From: an uncultured virus (IMG/VR IMGVR_UViG_3300009128_001768)
Taxonomy: Duplodnaviria > Heunggongvirae > Uroviricota > Caudoviricetes
Direction: 5' to 3' (one strand)
DNA: 61,373 bases
IMG/VR virus record: IMGVR_UViG_3300009128_001768
Span: 62,001-123,373 of that record
Shown one piece after another: positions 45,370-55,328 of the stretch. Within the stretch, counting starts at the first letter, position 1. Each line of letters opens with the position of its first letter. The notes beneath the pieces were generated by a model. That model was given only the letters and a program-made list of their open reading frames with translations, did no database searches and was not told where the DNA came from. Both the position numbers and the translations under genes were made by a program.

Positions 45370-46180
45370 TTACAGAGTATTTGATATTATCGAATAAAAA
45401 GAATCCACGAGGAATGCAGTAATCATAATCGACTTTTCGAATTATAGAGTGAACCTCTAAATCGCTGTTATATTCTTTGATCGCACTAGAAACTGCATGA
45501 CCCCCTGAATGAAGCGTGATAAAAACATCACTAGAATAAATCATATCGCAATATTCGAATATCGAATTCACCACAATCTTTTCACTTTCAAAATCATTGT
45601 ACAAAAATCTTTGATTATTTGGACTACTCCATGGTTCTTGTATTTTATTGCTTGCTGGAGGGTTGTTCAAAGAGTTGTGAAATGTCAATTGGTATATGCT
45701 TCTTCCAGGATACATAGAAACCAGTTTATCCACGGCTTCCGACACGGAATAGCCTCGATAATCACCAGATATTGATGTTAAGTCTAGCAAAATAGAATTT
45801 CTAGCCTTGCTTGTATCTTTTGGCTCGTAATATATTTTTGGGTATTTGTTTGTTGGCTTGAACCCAAACAACGTTTCCCAGTTAGAGATAACATTACCAG
45901 ATAAATTTTCATACTTTAGCCCGGGGATGTCTCCAGCATTCCATTGTCCTGCTCTCTCTCCCTTCACAAAAGGATTACAGTCCCACACAAGCTCTTTTAT
46001 CTCAGGATTTCTGAAGTATGCTTTGTCCCAAACATAAACATCGTGTCCCGCTTCAGAAAATAGTTCTGGAAGCGTCGAAAATTGCAGGCTGTCACCCAGT
46101 CCACCAAAATACGCGGCTATGCGTATGTCTTCCAAAGCGTTCGCTATCTTATAATTCCGTCCCATACATTGTGTAACCAT
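45359..46180 (-). CDS. Putative glycosyltransferase (GT-B; GT9-like N-terminal motif)
   Basis: GGLGDSLQFSTLP, WDCNPFV and FITLHSGGHAV resemble GT9 LGD..../DSG..H motifs. Start position is uncertain. Confidence 0.5.
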   Translation of the reverse strand: MVTQCMGRNYKIANALEDIRIAAYFGGLGDSLQFSTLPELFSEAGHDVYVWDKAYFRNPEIKELVWDCNPFVKGERAGQWNAGDIPGLKYENLSGNVISNWETLFGFKPTNKYPKIYYEPKDTSKARNSILLDLTSISGDYRGYSVSEAVDKLVSMYPGRSIYQLTFHNSLNNPPASNKIQEPWSSPNNQRFLYNDFESEKIVVNSIFEYCDMIYSSDVFITLHSGGHAVSSAIKEYNSDLEVHSIIRKVDYDYCIPRGFFLFDNIKYSVIAR

Positions 46181-46932
46181 TTTTCCGGATCGTACCTATC
46201 AAAAAGTTCATAATCTTGTCTATATCCAAACTCTAACAAAATATCCAATGACTCTTTTGTCAAGCGGGGCCATCCGAAATTCCGTTTCTCGCGAGGTTGT
46301 CCAAAGCGATCATCGCTGAGCTTTTTTAATGGACGGGCATTTGCATGAACAAACTTAAAATTATCATCACGTATAACGCTGCTTATGTAATGTGAAGCTG
46401 AATCCATATCATCTAAGTGCCCTATATAGTCGATGCGCGCCGAGACGTTGGCTAAAATTTTGTGCTGCGGTACTATATGACCATCCTCTCGAAATTTATG
46501 CAAATTTATTTTTTTGTGGCCCACGGTCGAAAGTAAACCATCTTCATATAAGAAATGATTTGTAATATACTCGTTAATATCCGAGTATAAAAATGGTCTA
46601 TCTGCGTTGGAATAGAATGCAGAAACAAACCTCTCGATTGGTTCTCTTGCAATAGTAAACACAGTCCAATCATCACCTAAAGACTGGACTCTGTTCCATT
46701 GCCCGGCCCACGTAAAATACTCATCATGAATCGATGTTCCGTAATTGTAATCAACACCGTCTATATTGGGCTTATATTTTTGGTGATGGCCTAACCCCCC
46801 AGCAATTTCAAGAAGATAATTCGCAAGGGAGGTCTTGACAGTCGTGCAACCGGCTTTTTTTATCTCTATATAAGCAATTTTAAGCTCATCTAGATAATAG
46901 ACTATAGTGGGGCCCCAAGTCACAGCTTCCAC
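46144..46932 (-). CDS. Sulfotransferase family 2 protein
   Basis: 262 aa with IKKAGCTTVK (5'-PSB), FTIAREPIERFVSAF (3'-PB), HIVPQ and YRQDYELF. Confidence 0.8.
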   Translation of the reverse strand: MEAVTWGPTIVYYLDELKIAYIEIKKAGCTTVKTSLANYLLEIAGGLGHHQKYKPNIDGVDYNYGTSIHDEYFTWAGQWNRVQSLGDDWTVFTIAREPIERFVSAFYSNADRPFLYSDINEYITNHFLYEDGLLSTVGHKKINLHKFREDGHIVPQHKILANVSARIDYIGHLDDMDSASHYISSVIRDDNFKFVHANARPLKKLSDDRFGQPREKRNFGWPRLTKESLDILLEFGYRQDYELFDRYDPEKWLHNVWDGIIR

Positions 46933-47564
46933 CCAATCTGGTATCCTTCAAAAAGCAGCTCCGCGCCTATATTACACATGAAGTCTTTTACATAAGAGCC
47001 TTTTCCTATTTTACCCTCTGGCGAAGACTCATCATCAACGACGTTATGATCATCAACCACAATTAAAGCACCTGGATTTAAATTTTTCATAACAGCGCAA
47101 AGCTCCTTCACATGATGAAGCATCGAAGGGTGGGGGTCTTCAGCGGAAAAATCAAAAGAATCGAGATAAAGAAAATCAATCTTAAAGTCAACGGGTAAAG
47201 ACCATAACATCTCAACAGAATCTTGACAGAATACCTTCGTTTTCTCAGATGTCAGAGCATTAGAGTACCGACAATTTTTTTCATCGATATCAACAGACAA
47301 TACTTCCCCATCATAATGGTTTACAAATTTATCAAAAATGTAAGTACCGCACCCATCATCACCAAAACACAAGTGTCCATGGTCAGGACGAGTTGTACCC
47401 GTTTCTACTATACGAAAATAATTTTGACCATTACTCTTTTTTTCATCTAGTAACTCAAATATCTTCAATAAACAACTCGCTCTATCACGCGGCACAGTTG
47501 CAGGGTGATTCGGACTAAGCAGCCTGTTATAAAACTCTTTCTTGAAATACTCAGCAAAGCTCAT
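46920..47564 (-). CDS. Class I SAM-dependent methyltransferase (Methyltransf_24-like)
   Basis: 214 aa with IVETGT, SVDID, DSV, DFLYLDSFD, LIVVDD and GKG. Confidence 0.8.
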   Translation of the reverse strand: MSFAEYFKKEFYNRLLSPNHPATVPRDRASCLLKIFELLDEKKSNGQNYFRIVETGTTRPDHGHLCFGDDGCGTYIFDKFVNHYDGEVLSVDIDEKNCRYSNALTSEKTKVFCQDSVEMLWSLPVDFKIDFLYLDSFDFSAEDPHPSMLHHVKELCAVMKNLNPGALIVVDDHNVVDDESSPEGKIGKGSYVKDFMCNIGAELLFEGYQIGWKL

Positions 47565-47594
47565 TTTATTCTCCTATTCTCAACAATCCAATGA

Positions 47595-48332
47595 TTATTT
47601 AGCATGTCGTTTGTCTTCAAATTCAAACCCAAAAAAATCAATGTCTTCTTTAAATCTTTTTGCAATAAAATCTATTGACTCTTGATCATAATAATAGCTG
47701 TAATGTCGTCGTGCATTACCTCTTTCGTCTAATTTCCTATTTGGAGCCCTAATTGGTCCGCCTATATCTGGAAATAAATCTTTTAAGGGAGCATCTTGTA
47801 TACCCAGTATTCCACACACTTTTTGATAATCTTCGTCCAGATTATCAAACCCTATATAAAAATTTAGGTCATCTTTCCCAAACCAATTAAGGAATGGTGC
47901 CCAGTGGCGGTGGTCGAACAATGGGTCGTTTAAATCATGAACATTCCAATCTTTGCTCCCCAAAAGAAATTCTTTAAATGAGGGCCCTGCTTTCACACCG
48001 CTTTTGCAAATCTCGAGCCACTGGTTCCAAGGCCTTGCTTCATGTCTATATTTCGCAACCATTCTATCCCATGGGTTTCTTATGACTGTAAACTTAAACA
48101 AGCTATCGAATTTAGCGTATATATCTGGTACCAAATGCTTACCAATTGGGCCAGGTCGGGAGGCTCGAACCAAATACCAGCGTTTAATTTCAGAATATGT
48201 AAGGTGCTGTGTAGCGCCTTTGTTATCCCAGGGGACCAGCTCGGTCGATGGAGCACGTAAGGAGTATTCTATACTTGTCCCTGCACAATTACCAATGTGA
48301 ATAAAGACAAATCCTCTGGTTAGATCAATCAT
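47595..48332 (-). CDS. Sulfotransferase family 2-like protein (degenerate PAPS motifs)
   Basis: 245 aa with FIHIGNCAGTSIE, FTVIRNPWDRMVAKY and YSYYYD...F.EDIDFFGFEF. Confidence 0.75.
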   Translation of the reverse strand: MIDLTRGFVFIHIGNCAGTSIEYSLRAPSTELVPWDNKGATQHLTYSEIKRWYLVRASRPGPIGKHLVPDIYAKFDSLFKFTVIRNPWDRMVAKYRHEARPWNQWLEICKSGVKAGPSFKEFLLGSKDWNVHDLNDPLFDHRHWAPFLNWFGKDDLNFYIGFDNLDEDYQKVCGILGIQDAPLKDLFPDIGGPIRAPNRKLDERGNARRHYSYYYDQESIDFIAKRFKEDIDFFGFEFEDKRHAK

Positions 48333-48356
48333 GGTCTATAAATCCTTGCTCCATTT

Positions 48357-49208
48357 TTAATGAGTAATTCTACGATTTTCCACAATACGACGTTCAGTCA
48401 GGACATCTTTGTTTCTACTATAAAAAATTCTACAATTTTTGTGATGAGATCGTAGCGCCCATGGCGGTACAGATCCGCTGACTGTCGACCCACTCCAGGC
48501 TGGTTTTGACTCAACACCAATTCGATAACCGCCGCAAATTTTCCCAAGTTGTTTGTACGCTCTAAACATTAAGTCATGATCGTCCATATCACAAGGAGCG
48601 AACTCATCATCGAGATAATTCATACTTCTTAAATCTTTATGATTGATCATCAAGGGTCCTCGGTTAACTGTCCCTCTCACAGCAAATTCATCTCTTTTAT
48701 AATTTGTCATCTGTATAGGATACCCATAAGCATGATCTGTCGCTAGAAAAATATCACACCAACAATTGTCTAAAATCGTATCTGTTCCAAAATGTTTGCT
48801 ATTAGGATTCAAAATCCAATTGTGCGCTGTTCTGGCAGTTACTGCGAAGACATCATCAAATACGTCAAATGGTTCTTGCATCCGCCGGTTCCATCCGGGC
48901 TCTGTCACAATTTGATCATCCTGAACGACTATGACATACTCACCTTTCGACGCTTTAAATCCAACGTTATTTGTTCGAAGCTCATATATGTCTGGTGTGA
49001 TAATTGCACGAATGTCTAAGTGCTTACTCGAATCAATATATTTTTCAACAATTAATTCTGAACCGTCGGTACATCCATCCAGCATACATAATAATTCATA
49101 ATCGCCCACCGAATTATTGATGAGACCATCTAGCACTCTTTCCAGTAATATTTCGCCATCAGCCATACGTCTCGCGCCATTATGGATGGTCAATATAATA
49201 CTGTGCAC
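48357..49208 (-). CDS. Glycosyltransferase, GT2-like
   Basis: 283 aa, GTG start, with SIILTIHN, LDGCTDGS, NNVGF and VVQDD. Confidence 0.8.
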   Translation of the reverse strand: MHSIILTIHNGARRMADGEILLERVLDGLINNSVGDYELLCMLDGCTDGSELIVEKYIDSSKHLDIRAIITPDIYELRTNNVGFKASKGEYVIVVQDDQIVTEPGWNRRMQEPFDVFDDVFAVTARTAHNWILNPNSKHFGTDTILDNCWCDIFLATDHAYGYPIQMTNYKRDEFAVRGTVNRGPLMINHKDLRSMNYLDDEFAPCDMDDHDLMFRAYKQLGKICGGYRIGVESKPAWSGSTVSGSVPPWALRSHHKNCRIFYSRNKDVLTERRIVENRRITH

Positions 49209-49217
49209 GATTCATCC

Positions 49218-50447
49218 TCACTCATTACCAATACCCCAAACGTCGATAATTTTGGTATCAAAAAATGATAATCCATTATATCTCAAATCATAGTGCATTA
49301 CAACTGCTACGTCAGAACAATCGACACATGCCTGTGGGCTTTTGCATGCTGTCACTTCATCATCTAAATTTTCGTATGTTTCCAAAAGTGGGTCGAATGT
49401 ATAAACTTGCTTCCCAAGTTTTTTGAGGTCCTTTATCAATCGAACGGACGGTGACCCAATCGTAACTGGTGAATTTGGTTTAAACGACAATCCCAAAATT
49501 CCTATGCGCTCAAATCTCGATGCTTTCTTCAAGATGTCTTGGTAAACCATTTCATTAACTTCATCGGCAAATATTAAATTTTTCGCTTGATAACCACGGT
49601 CTTGGGCAAATCTTATAAAGGCCCATGTATCACGTGGGAAGCATGTTCCGCCATATGGCGCTCCCGATCGAAAGAAAAACGGAGAAATTCTACGATCATT
49701 TCCAATTGCTTCGGTAATATTATGAATATCAACATTTTCTAAATCATCGCATAACCGGCCAAGAAAATTTGCAAATGTAATTTTGCTAACAATAAAAGCG
49801 TTTAATCCCACTTTCGCAATCTCTGCTTCTTCAAGTGTCAACTTGTAGTTTGGAGGATCATTTTCATGTAAGCCTTCAAAAATCTCTTTTGTTACGTTAT
49901 AATCATAATCACAATTCGCACCTATCAAGAAAAATTCTGGATTTCTAAAATCTTGAATAACAGCGCCTAACCGCACAAAATCTGGAACGTATGAGAAACC
50001 GAAACCTTCTTTATACTTTCTTTTAGAAATTTTCTCTACTAGAGGAATTAGCTTTGTCTTGATTGTACTGGGTAATATTGTAGAAGACAGTACGATTGTA
50101 TGATACGGCTTATCGCTCATTCGAAGATTTAAAGCAATATCGGAAAGTGCGGACTCCACAAAGTCAGATGCATATCCATCATCGCCCAATTGTGTGTTCA
50201 CTAAAATTATTGTCGCATTTGTCTCATTGATTGCTCGAAAATATGAATCAGTAAAGCCTATTATATTTGGACTCACCTCAAGCAAAAGCTCTTCTAATCC
50301 AGGCTCAAAAAAAGGAAGCGTCTTACGATTTAATTTGTCTAATACATGTTCATTTTTATCAACACACAGCACTCTGTTTTTTGACTTGGCAAGACAGCAT
50401 GCCAAGGGTAGCCCTAGCTTCCCAAGACCTATAAAAGAAATATCCAC
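49218..50447 (-). CDS. ugd: UDP-glucose/GDP-mannose dehydrogenase family protein
   Basis: 409 aa with GLGKLG, LPFFEPGL, KITFAN, YGGTCFPRD (catalytic Cys) and LGLSFKP. Confidence 0.85.
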   Translation of the reverse strand: MDISFIGLGKLGLPLACCLAKSKNRVLCVDKNEHVLDKLNRKTLPFFEPGLEELLLEVSPNIIGFTDSYFRAINETNATIILVNTQLGDDGYASDFVESALSDIALNLRMSDKPYHTIVLSSTILPSTIKTKLIPLVEKISKRKYKEGFGFSYVPDFVRLGAVIQDFRNPEFFLIGANCDYDYNVTKEIFEGLHENDPPNYKLTLEEAEIAKVGLNAFIVSKITFANFLGRLCDDLENVDIHNITEAIGNDRRISPFFFRSGAPYGGTCFPRDTWAFIRFAQDRGYQAKNLIFADEVNEMVYQDILKKASRFERIGILGLSFKPNSPVTIGSPSVRLIKDLKKLGKQVYTFDPLLETYENLDDEVTACKSPQACVDCSDVAVVMHYDLRYNGLSFFDTKIIDVWGIGNE

Positions 50448-51505
50448 TATGTGCTCCGCTCTATTATATTCAAAATGTTATCCACATGAACCAATGATCC
50501 AATAGTGATTCTAACACAATTTTCTAAATTTGTTATATAGCTGCGATCACGAACTACAATCTTGTTTTGTGTCATGGTGTCAATAAAAGAAGAAACATCT
50601 GGTACTCGAAGTAAAACAAAATTCGCTTCACTTTCTAAGGCATAAAAACCTGGAAACCTGTTTACTCCTTCGATGAACGCTCTTTTTGATTCCTTTATTT
50701 CACTAACACGAGCATGGAGATATGATAAGTCCTCCAAACAAGCTATACCAGCCACTTGAGAAAGTGCATTAACGCTCTTCCCATTTTTAATTTTTCTTAA
50801 CAAGAACAAAGAAGAAGGATGTCCAAGCACATACCCTAACCTAAGGGCTGCTAAGCCGAATGCCTTAGAAAACGTTCTTATTACTAAAAGATTTTCATGC
50901 TCTAAAACCAAGTCTGAACATGAAATACCTGAATATTCGTAATACGCTTCGTCTACTACAAACAAAGTCTCTCTATATTTTTCCACTAATGAAGTAATCA
51001 CGGAAAGTGAAATCGTCTTTCCAGTGGGATTGTTGGGAGTTACAAGATACACCACGTCGTAATTTGCACAGTGACTAAAGTCATAAACATGATTGCCTAA
51101 AGGGTCTTCGATTTGTACCTGCGTATAATGCTCTGTATTGAGAACAATAAAGGTATCCACCTGAGTGTATGAGGGTTGATAGGATAGGACCCGTGTTTCT
51201 TCATCTACGAAAACCGCAAAAATATCCCTTAGTGCAGCGTCAGACCCATTATAGGCCTCAATATGACTTGTGGGTAAATTCACATAAAGAGAAAGTTCTT
51301 CCTTTAAACGCTTATTTGAAATATCCGGATATTTTTCCATCTTGCCACTTTTCATGAACTCTTCAATAGCATTACGAACATGAGGAGTTGGAGGAAATGC
51401 AGATTCATTCCAATCAAAGCATTCCCACCCAACGGGTAATTCAAATCGTTTTCCGACGTTGTAGGGCTCTAAAGACATCACCCGCTTTTTAGCTTTCACA
51501 CTCAT
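50447..51505 (-). CDS. PLP-dependent aminotransferase/decarboxylase, HisC/CobD-like
   Basis: 352 aa with NGSD, PNNPTG, VDEAY, RTFSKAFGLAALRLGY and VRITIG. Confidence 0.85.
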   Translation of the reverse strand: MSVKAKKRVMSLEPYNVGKRFELPVGWECFDWNESAFPPTPHVRNAIEEFMKSGKMEKYPDISNKRLKEELSLYVNLPTSHIEAYNGSDAALRDIFAVFVDEETRVLSYQPSYTQVDTFIVLNTEHYTQVQIEDPLGNHVYDFSHCANYDVVYLVTPNNPTGKTISLSVITSLVEKYRETLFVVDEAYYEYSGISCSDLVLEHENLLVIRTFSKAFGLAALRLGYVLGHPSSLFLLRKIKNGKSVNALSQVAGIACLEDLSYLHARVSEIKESKRAFIEGVNRFPGFYALESEANFVLLRVPDVSSFIDTMTQNKIVVRDRSYITNLENCVRITIGSLVHVDNILNIIERST

Positions 51506-52826
51506 TGAATATGCACCTGATTTTGCCAGTATCGTGGCTTCTTTTGATTTTCTCGACTACTTGAACACTAATATCTAAATTTCCTAATCTCTGTTTTAAG
51601 CCTGTTGTTATTTCTAATATCGTTTCCTCTGTGTAGTGTTCATTGGGCACTAAAAGAAATTCGATTGTTTCCCTGGTCTTCTGAATAATCTGGAACATTT
51701 TTACACCGTCAATCTTGTACATCATCGTATAAAAATTAACACCAGGAAGGCGGGCACCATTTTTTGAAACAAGAATATCGTCACATCTTCCATCGATATC
51801 TAACATACGATAGGGGGCCCCATCCGGGTTCAGTATCCCCACATCACTTGTGCGATATCGAATAAAAGGCATATAGTAATTTAAAAATCCTGTACCTACA
51901 ATAACATTTTGACCTTCGGTATTATCAAATTCAGTAATGCCATACTCAAAATTTTCGATATAAGCAGTCGAATGCGACGTCTGATGGTGCAATACAACTT
52001 TTTCCTGCATACCATAATGAGCCTTTGGAATTATCCCAAAAACTTCTTCGATTTTGTCTTTCCATTTATCCAGCATTTTTTCTGATGCTACATGGATTGC
52101 CTCTATACCGGCCGGATATAAGCCTGATTCTTCGCACATACATGCAAAAATATAGATGCTTGACGGGTAGCCAACTAAAGTGTGATATTTCTTTCGATTA
52201 ATCTCTGTGACATAATCCTTGATGGTATCAGAATTGATATTGTAAGCAGACATGTATAGGCGCCTGAGCTCATGATCGTAATACCAAAGCGGAGAGTTAT
52301 TGTTCTTAGGAACGTACCTTCGTATCCACACACTGGGCTTATCGTACATCGTCGCACCGTGGGAGCGAAAAGCCCTTAAAATAAACGCGGCTTCTTTTTT
52401 ATAAAGATCGTCAGTGCCATAGAATACTAACTTCTTTCCTGTTGAGCCGCTTGTTCTAAACTCGACCGGGCGATCATTCATGTTTGTTGCGATTAGATCT
52501 TGAATATTGTCTCTAATAATTTCTTTAGTAAGATACGGCAGCAAATGAAGGTCTTCGATGGTTCGAAACGAATCAATAGTAAGACCCCTTTCATTCATTA
52601 AACGCCTATAATATGGAACGTTCTTATACACATGAGAAATGAGTAGCTTAAATTGGACGTGTTGATAATCTAGAAGTCTCTGCAAAGTCCATGACTCAGA
52701 CTCGCATAAGAACTTGTAAGTCTTATCGAAAGCGCTTCCGTATCGTCTCTCAAAAGGAACTAAACCATAATAGGTCTTTTTGAAAAGTGGTATGTGCCTA
52801 TTCGAAGCTGCTATCTCGGCGGCCAC
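51489..52826 (-). CDS. CapK/phenylacetate-CoA ligase-like adenylate-forming enzyme
   Basis: 445 aa with NVPYYR, LPYLTKE, RTSGSTG, GYPSS, HYGMQE, MPFIRYRTSD, GRCDD and TGKIR. Confidence 0.85.
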   Translation of the reverse strand: MAAEIAASNRHIPLFKKTYYGLVPFERRYGSAFDKTYKFLCESESWTLQRLLDYQHVQFKLLISHVYKNVPYYRRLMNERGLTIDSFRTIEDLHLLPYLTKEIIRDNIQDLIATNMNDRPVEFRTSGSTGKKLVFYGTDDLYKKEAAFILRAFRSHGATMYDKPSVWIRRYVPKNNNSPLWYYDHELRRLYMSAYNINSDTIKDYVTEINRKKYHTLVGYPSSIYIFACMCEESGLYPAGIEAIHVASEKMLDKWKDKIEEVFGIIPKAHYGMQEKVVLHHQTSHSTAYIENFEYGITEFDNTEGQNVIVGTGFLNYYMPFIRYRTSDVGILNPDGAPYRMLDIDGRCDDILVSKNGARLPGVNFYTMMYKIDGVKMFQIIQKTRETIEFLLVPNEHYTEETILEITTGLKQRLGNLDISVQVVEKIKRSHDTGKIRCIFNECES

Positions 52827-53167
52827 TAAAAAAACTCCTCTGAATTTATTGCCTTGTCATCAATAAAATAGTCGGCAGCAAATTTTACGCCCGTTCTTAA
52901 CTGATGGAATTTCAGGCCCCACGACGTTAATTGCTCATGGGTCTGGATATACCAATTAACCTTGGAAAACGAGCCACGAGCTGTCTCTATAATGATTGTG
53001 TGACCTTGTTGAAACAGCTCATTTACTCTCTCTATTCTGTCGAGATGTGGCTTAGAGTCTAAATACCCCCACGCTGTATCATCAGCGTTTCGCTTCGTGT
53101 CGCATAGCGTATTATCCAAATCAAACACATATGTCTTTTTATCACTACTCATTCTTCTGCTCTCCAC
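52826..53167 (-). CDS. Small HAD phosphatase (BcbF/capsule-biosynthesis type)
   Basis: 113 aa with FDLDNTLC, ETARG and K..ADYFIDDKA. Confidence 0.8.
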   Translation of the reverse strand: MESRRMSSDKKTYVFDLDNTLCDTKRNADDTAWGYLDSKPHLDRIERVNELFQQGHTIIIETARGSFSKVNWYIQTHEQLTSWGLKFHQLRTGVKFAADYFIDDKAINSEEFF

Positions 53168-53934
53168 TCCCCACGATTATTCCAATGGGAAAATATCCCA
53201 GATGTCCCAATACTAGACCCGCCATTTGCGTACTTGTGACCCTTTTTGTGCATATTAACGTTAAACCCCACGTATCCTCTATGCTTAGAAGATGTTTGGA
53301 TATTATATTTTACTTGTAAAAGTGACAAAATACTTTGATCATGACGATGATCTATAAACTCATCAAAATTAGAGACGCCGAGCTGGTTTGGAATATCTGT
53401 TAGTATTCTCTCATCCTTACAATATTCTAGCCACTCCCGAATAAAAGCAATATTACTTGTAGTTTTCTTTGCTGCAAAGAAACCCGCCTCGACTTGAATA
53501 GCGTTATAATATTTTTCTTCTTCACAATCCATTAAAATAAAGGTGTCTCTTTTCGTCATTTGACGATTTTTGTTTCCGCCCAACGTAATTAATAAATCGT
53601 TATTTTTCATCCATTTTTTTACATAATCCGAAATACCCTTGTTGGGCACATCACCCACGTCCATATAAACAACAATCTGGTTTTCTTTTGCTTTCTCTAA
53701 AACGTCTAAAATAATAAACGGTTTCCATAGCATATACCCAGCTAAGCGCTCTCTATCTAAAATGGACTTATTTTCTTTATAAAATTCTGTCGTCACAAGC
53801 CATTCCCTTGTGTAGTCACAAACGTAATCGAATATACCGTTTTCAATCACATGGTTCACCATGTTTCTTTGATGATGCTCATAATTTTCATCAGCGTAAT
53901 TGCAATATATCGTTTCAAATTCCATATTACTCAT
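53149..53934 (-). CDS. Putative glycosyltransferase (GT-A-like)
   Basis: 261 aa with GYMLWKPFII, VYMDVG, EWLEYC and DHRHDQSILSLL, a pattern seen in GT-A-like proteins of glycan loci. Confidence 0.6.
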   Translation of the reverse strand: MSNMEFETIYCNYADENYEHHQRNMVNHVIENGIFDYVCDYTREWLVTTEFYKENKSILDRERLAGYMLWKPFIILDVLEKAKENQIVVYMDVGDVPNKGISDYVKKWMKNNDLLITLGGNKNRQMTKRDTFILMDCEEEKYYNAIQVEAGFFAAKKTTSNIAFIREWLEYCKDERILTDIPNQLGVSNFDEFIDHRHDQSILSLLQVKYNIQTSSKHRGYVGFNVNMHKKGHKYANGGSSIGTSGIFSHWNNRGEWRAEE

Positions 53935-55324
53935 TCTTTATGGCAAAACAACCATATTCTAGTGTATGCTCTAAATTCCCAACAACGACTGGTCTTATAA
54001 TTTCAAAGCCCAAATTCTTGATATAGCTCTCTAAATCTTCAGGATTATGAGTTATGTCTATATGACCAACATCCCCACCATCGAGGTGTGCTATTTCAGT
54101 CCACAATAACAAATAACAACCCTTTTTAGCATACCGACCAATATTGTCTAAAATTGCCCAGGGATTCTTGGTGTGATCAAGACAATTTCTAGTATAAATG
54201 CACCCATCAATTCTATCTTCGAGCTCAGATATAAATTCTTCGGCACAAACTGGATACTCGATTACATCCTTGTACCAGGAGTCGCGGCCTTGGAGCGCTT
54301 TCTCAAGGAAAGGATTAATCTTCGGTAACAACGGCTCAATATGTATACGAGTCTTTATAAAGCTCCATCTAGCCACTGTTCCAAAACAAGACCCCCCAAT
54401 TTCCAACAAAGTCTTATCCTGAATTTCTTTTGCAAATTTTAACCAAACATCTTCATCATTAAGAAAAAATTGATTTAGGTTGGCCATTTCACCCGATTCA
54501 CCGCACCAATATTCTGTATCATTCCTCTCCTCGACCCAATGATTCAAAGTAGGAAGAGCATGTCCTACCCAGTCAACTGTCGCAGCCCATTCGTATTCTT
54601 GAGCCGCGGCATGACGAGTCTCAGTCATTACAGACATATCGACGTTTTTATTCGTACTGGTATCTTTTTCGTCTATATTGGTGTCGTCACTTTCGAAAAT
54701 CCACCCAATTTGATAATCTTCAAAAAGTAGATCTGCTTTTATATCACTCATAAAGTTCTTGACGTACAAGCTCTTGCACATCTTTCCTCCCGTAAAGAGC
54801 GGATCATGAGAATCGATAATGACTATGGACTCAGGTCTTAAATTTTTCATAGCAGCACAAAGCTCTTTCATACATTGAGACATAGAAGGATACGGATTTT
54901 CAGGATCAAAATCAATGGTGTCCAAATAAAGAAGGTCCACCTTGTCGGCTTCTGGCATTGACCAAAGCATCTCCACGGAGTCTTGATGGTATAATACTGT
55001 TTTCTGTGAAGTAATAGAGGTGGAATACCGACAATTTTTTTCATTGATATCAACGGATAATACTTCACCATCATAATGATTCACAAACTTATCAAAAATG
55101 TAAGTACAGCATCCGTCACCGCCAAAGCACAAATGGCCATGGTCTGCTCTAGCAGTACCCGTTTCTACAATGCGAAAAAAATCTTGGCCATTCTTACTTC
55201 TTTCGTCCAGAATTTCGAATACCTTTAACAAAGAATCTGCTCTATTGCGAGGTCTCGTTGCTGGCAATTGGGGTTGAAACAACCTTTTATAAAACACTTC
55301 CTTGAAATAATCAGCAAAACTCAT
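53927..55324 (-). CDS. Double methyltransferase fusion (N-terminal paralogue of 46920-47564 plus a second class I MTase domain)
   Basis: 465 aa. N-half has IVETGT...DLLYLDT; C-half has LLEIGG...IEPL...CAEE...NCLDH..NP. Confidence 0.75.
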   Translation of the reverse strand: MSFADYFKEVFYKRLFQPQLPATRPRNRADSLLKVFEILDERSKNGQDFFRIVETGTARADHGHLCFGGDGCCTYIFDKFVNHYDGEVLSVDINEKNCRYSTSITSQKTVLYHQDSVEMLWSMPEADKVDLLYLDTIDFDPENPYPSMSQCMKELCAAMKNLRPESIVIIDSHDPLFTGGKMCKSLYVKNFMSDIKADLLFEDYQIGWIFESDDTNIDEKDTSTNKNVDMSVMTETRHAAAQEYEWAATVDWVGHALPTLNHWVEERNDTEYWCGESGEMANLNQFFLNDEDVWLKFAKEIQDKTLLEIGGSCFGTVARWSFIKTRIHIEPLLPKINPFLEKALQGRDSWYKDVIEYPVCAEEFISELEDRIDGCIYTRNCLDHTKNPWAILDNIGRYAKKGCYLLLWTEIAHLDGGDVGHIDITHNPEDLESYIKNLGFEIIRPVVVGNLEHTLEYGCFAIKNE

Positions 55325-55328
55325 TTTA

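Noticed and set aside
50447..52826. Histidine biosynthesis (hisC) and phenylacetate catabolism (paaK) as auxiliary metabolic genes
   Set aside because: No other his or paa genes are present, and both families are known from polysaccharide loci. Context favours glycan tailoring.
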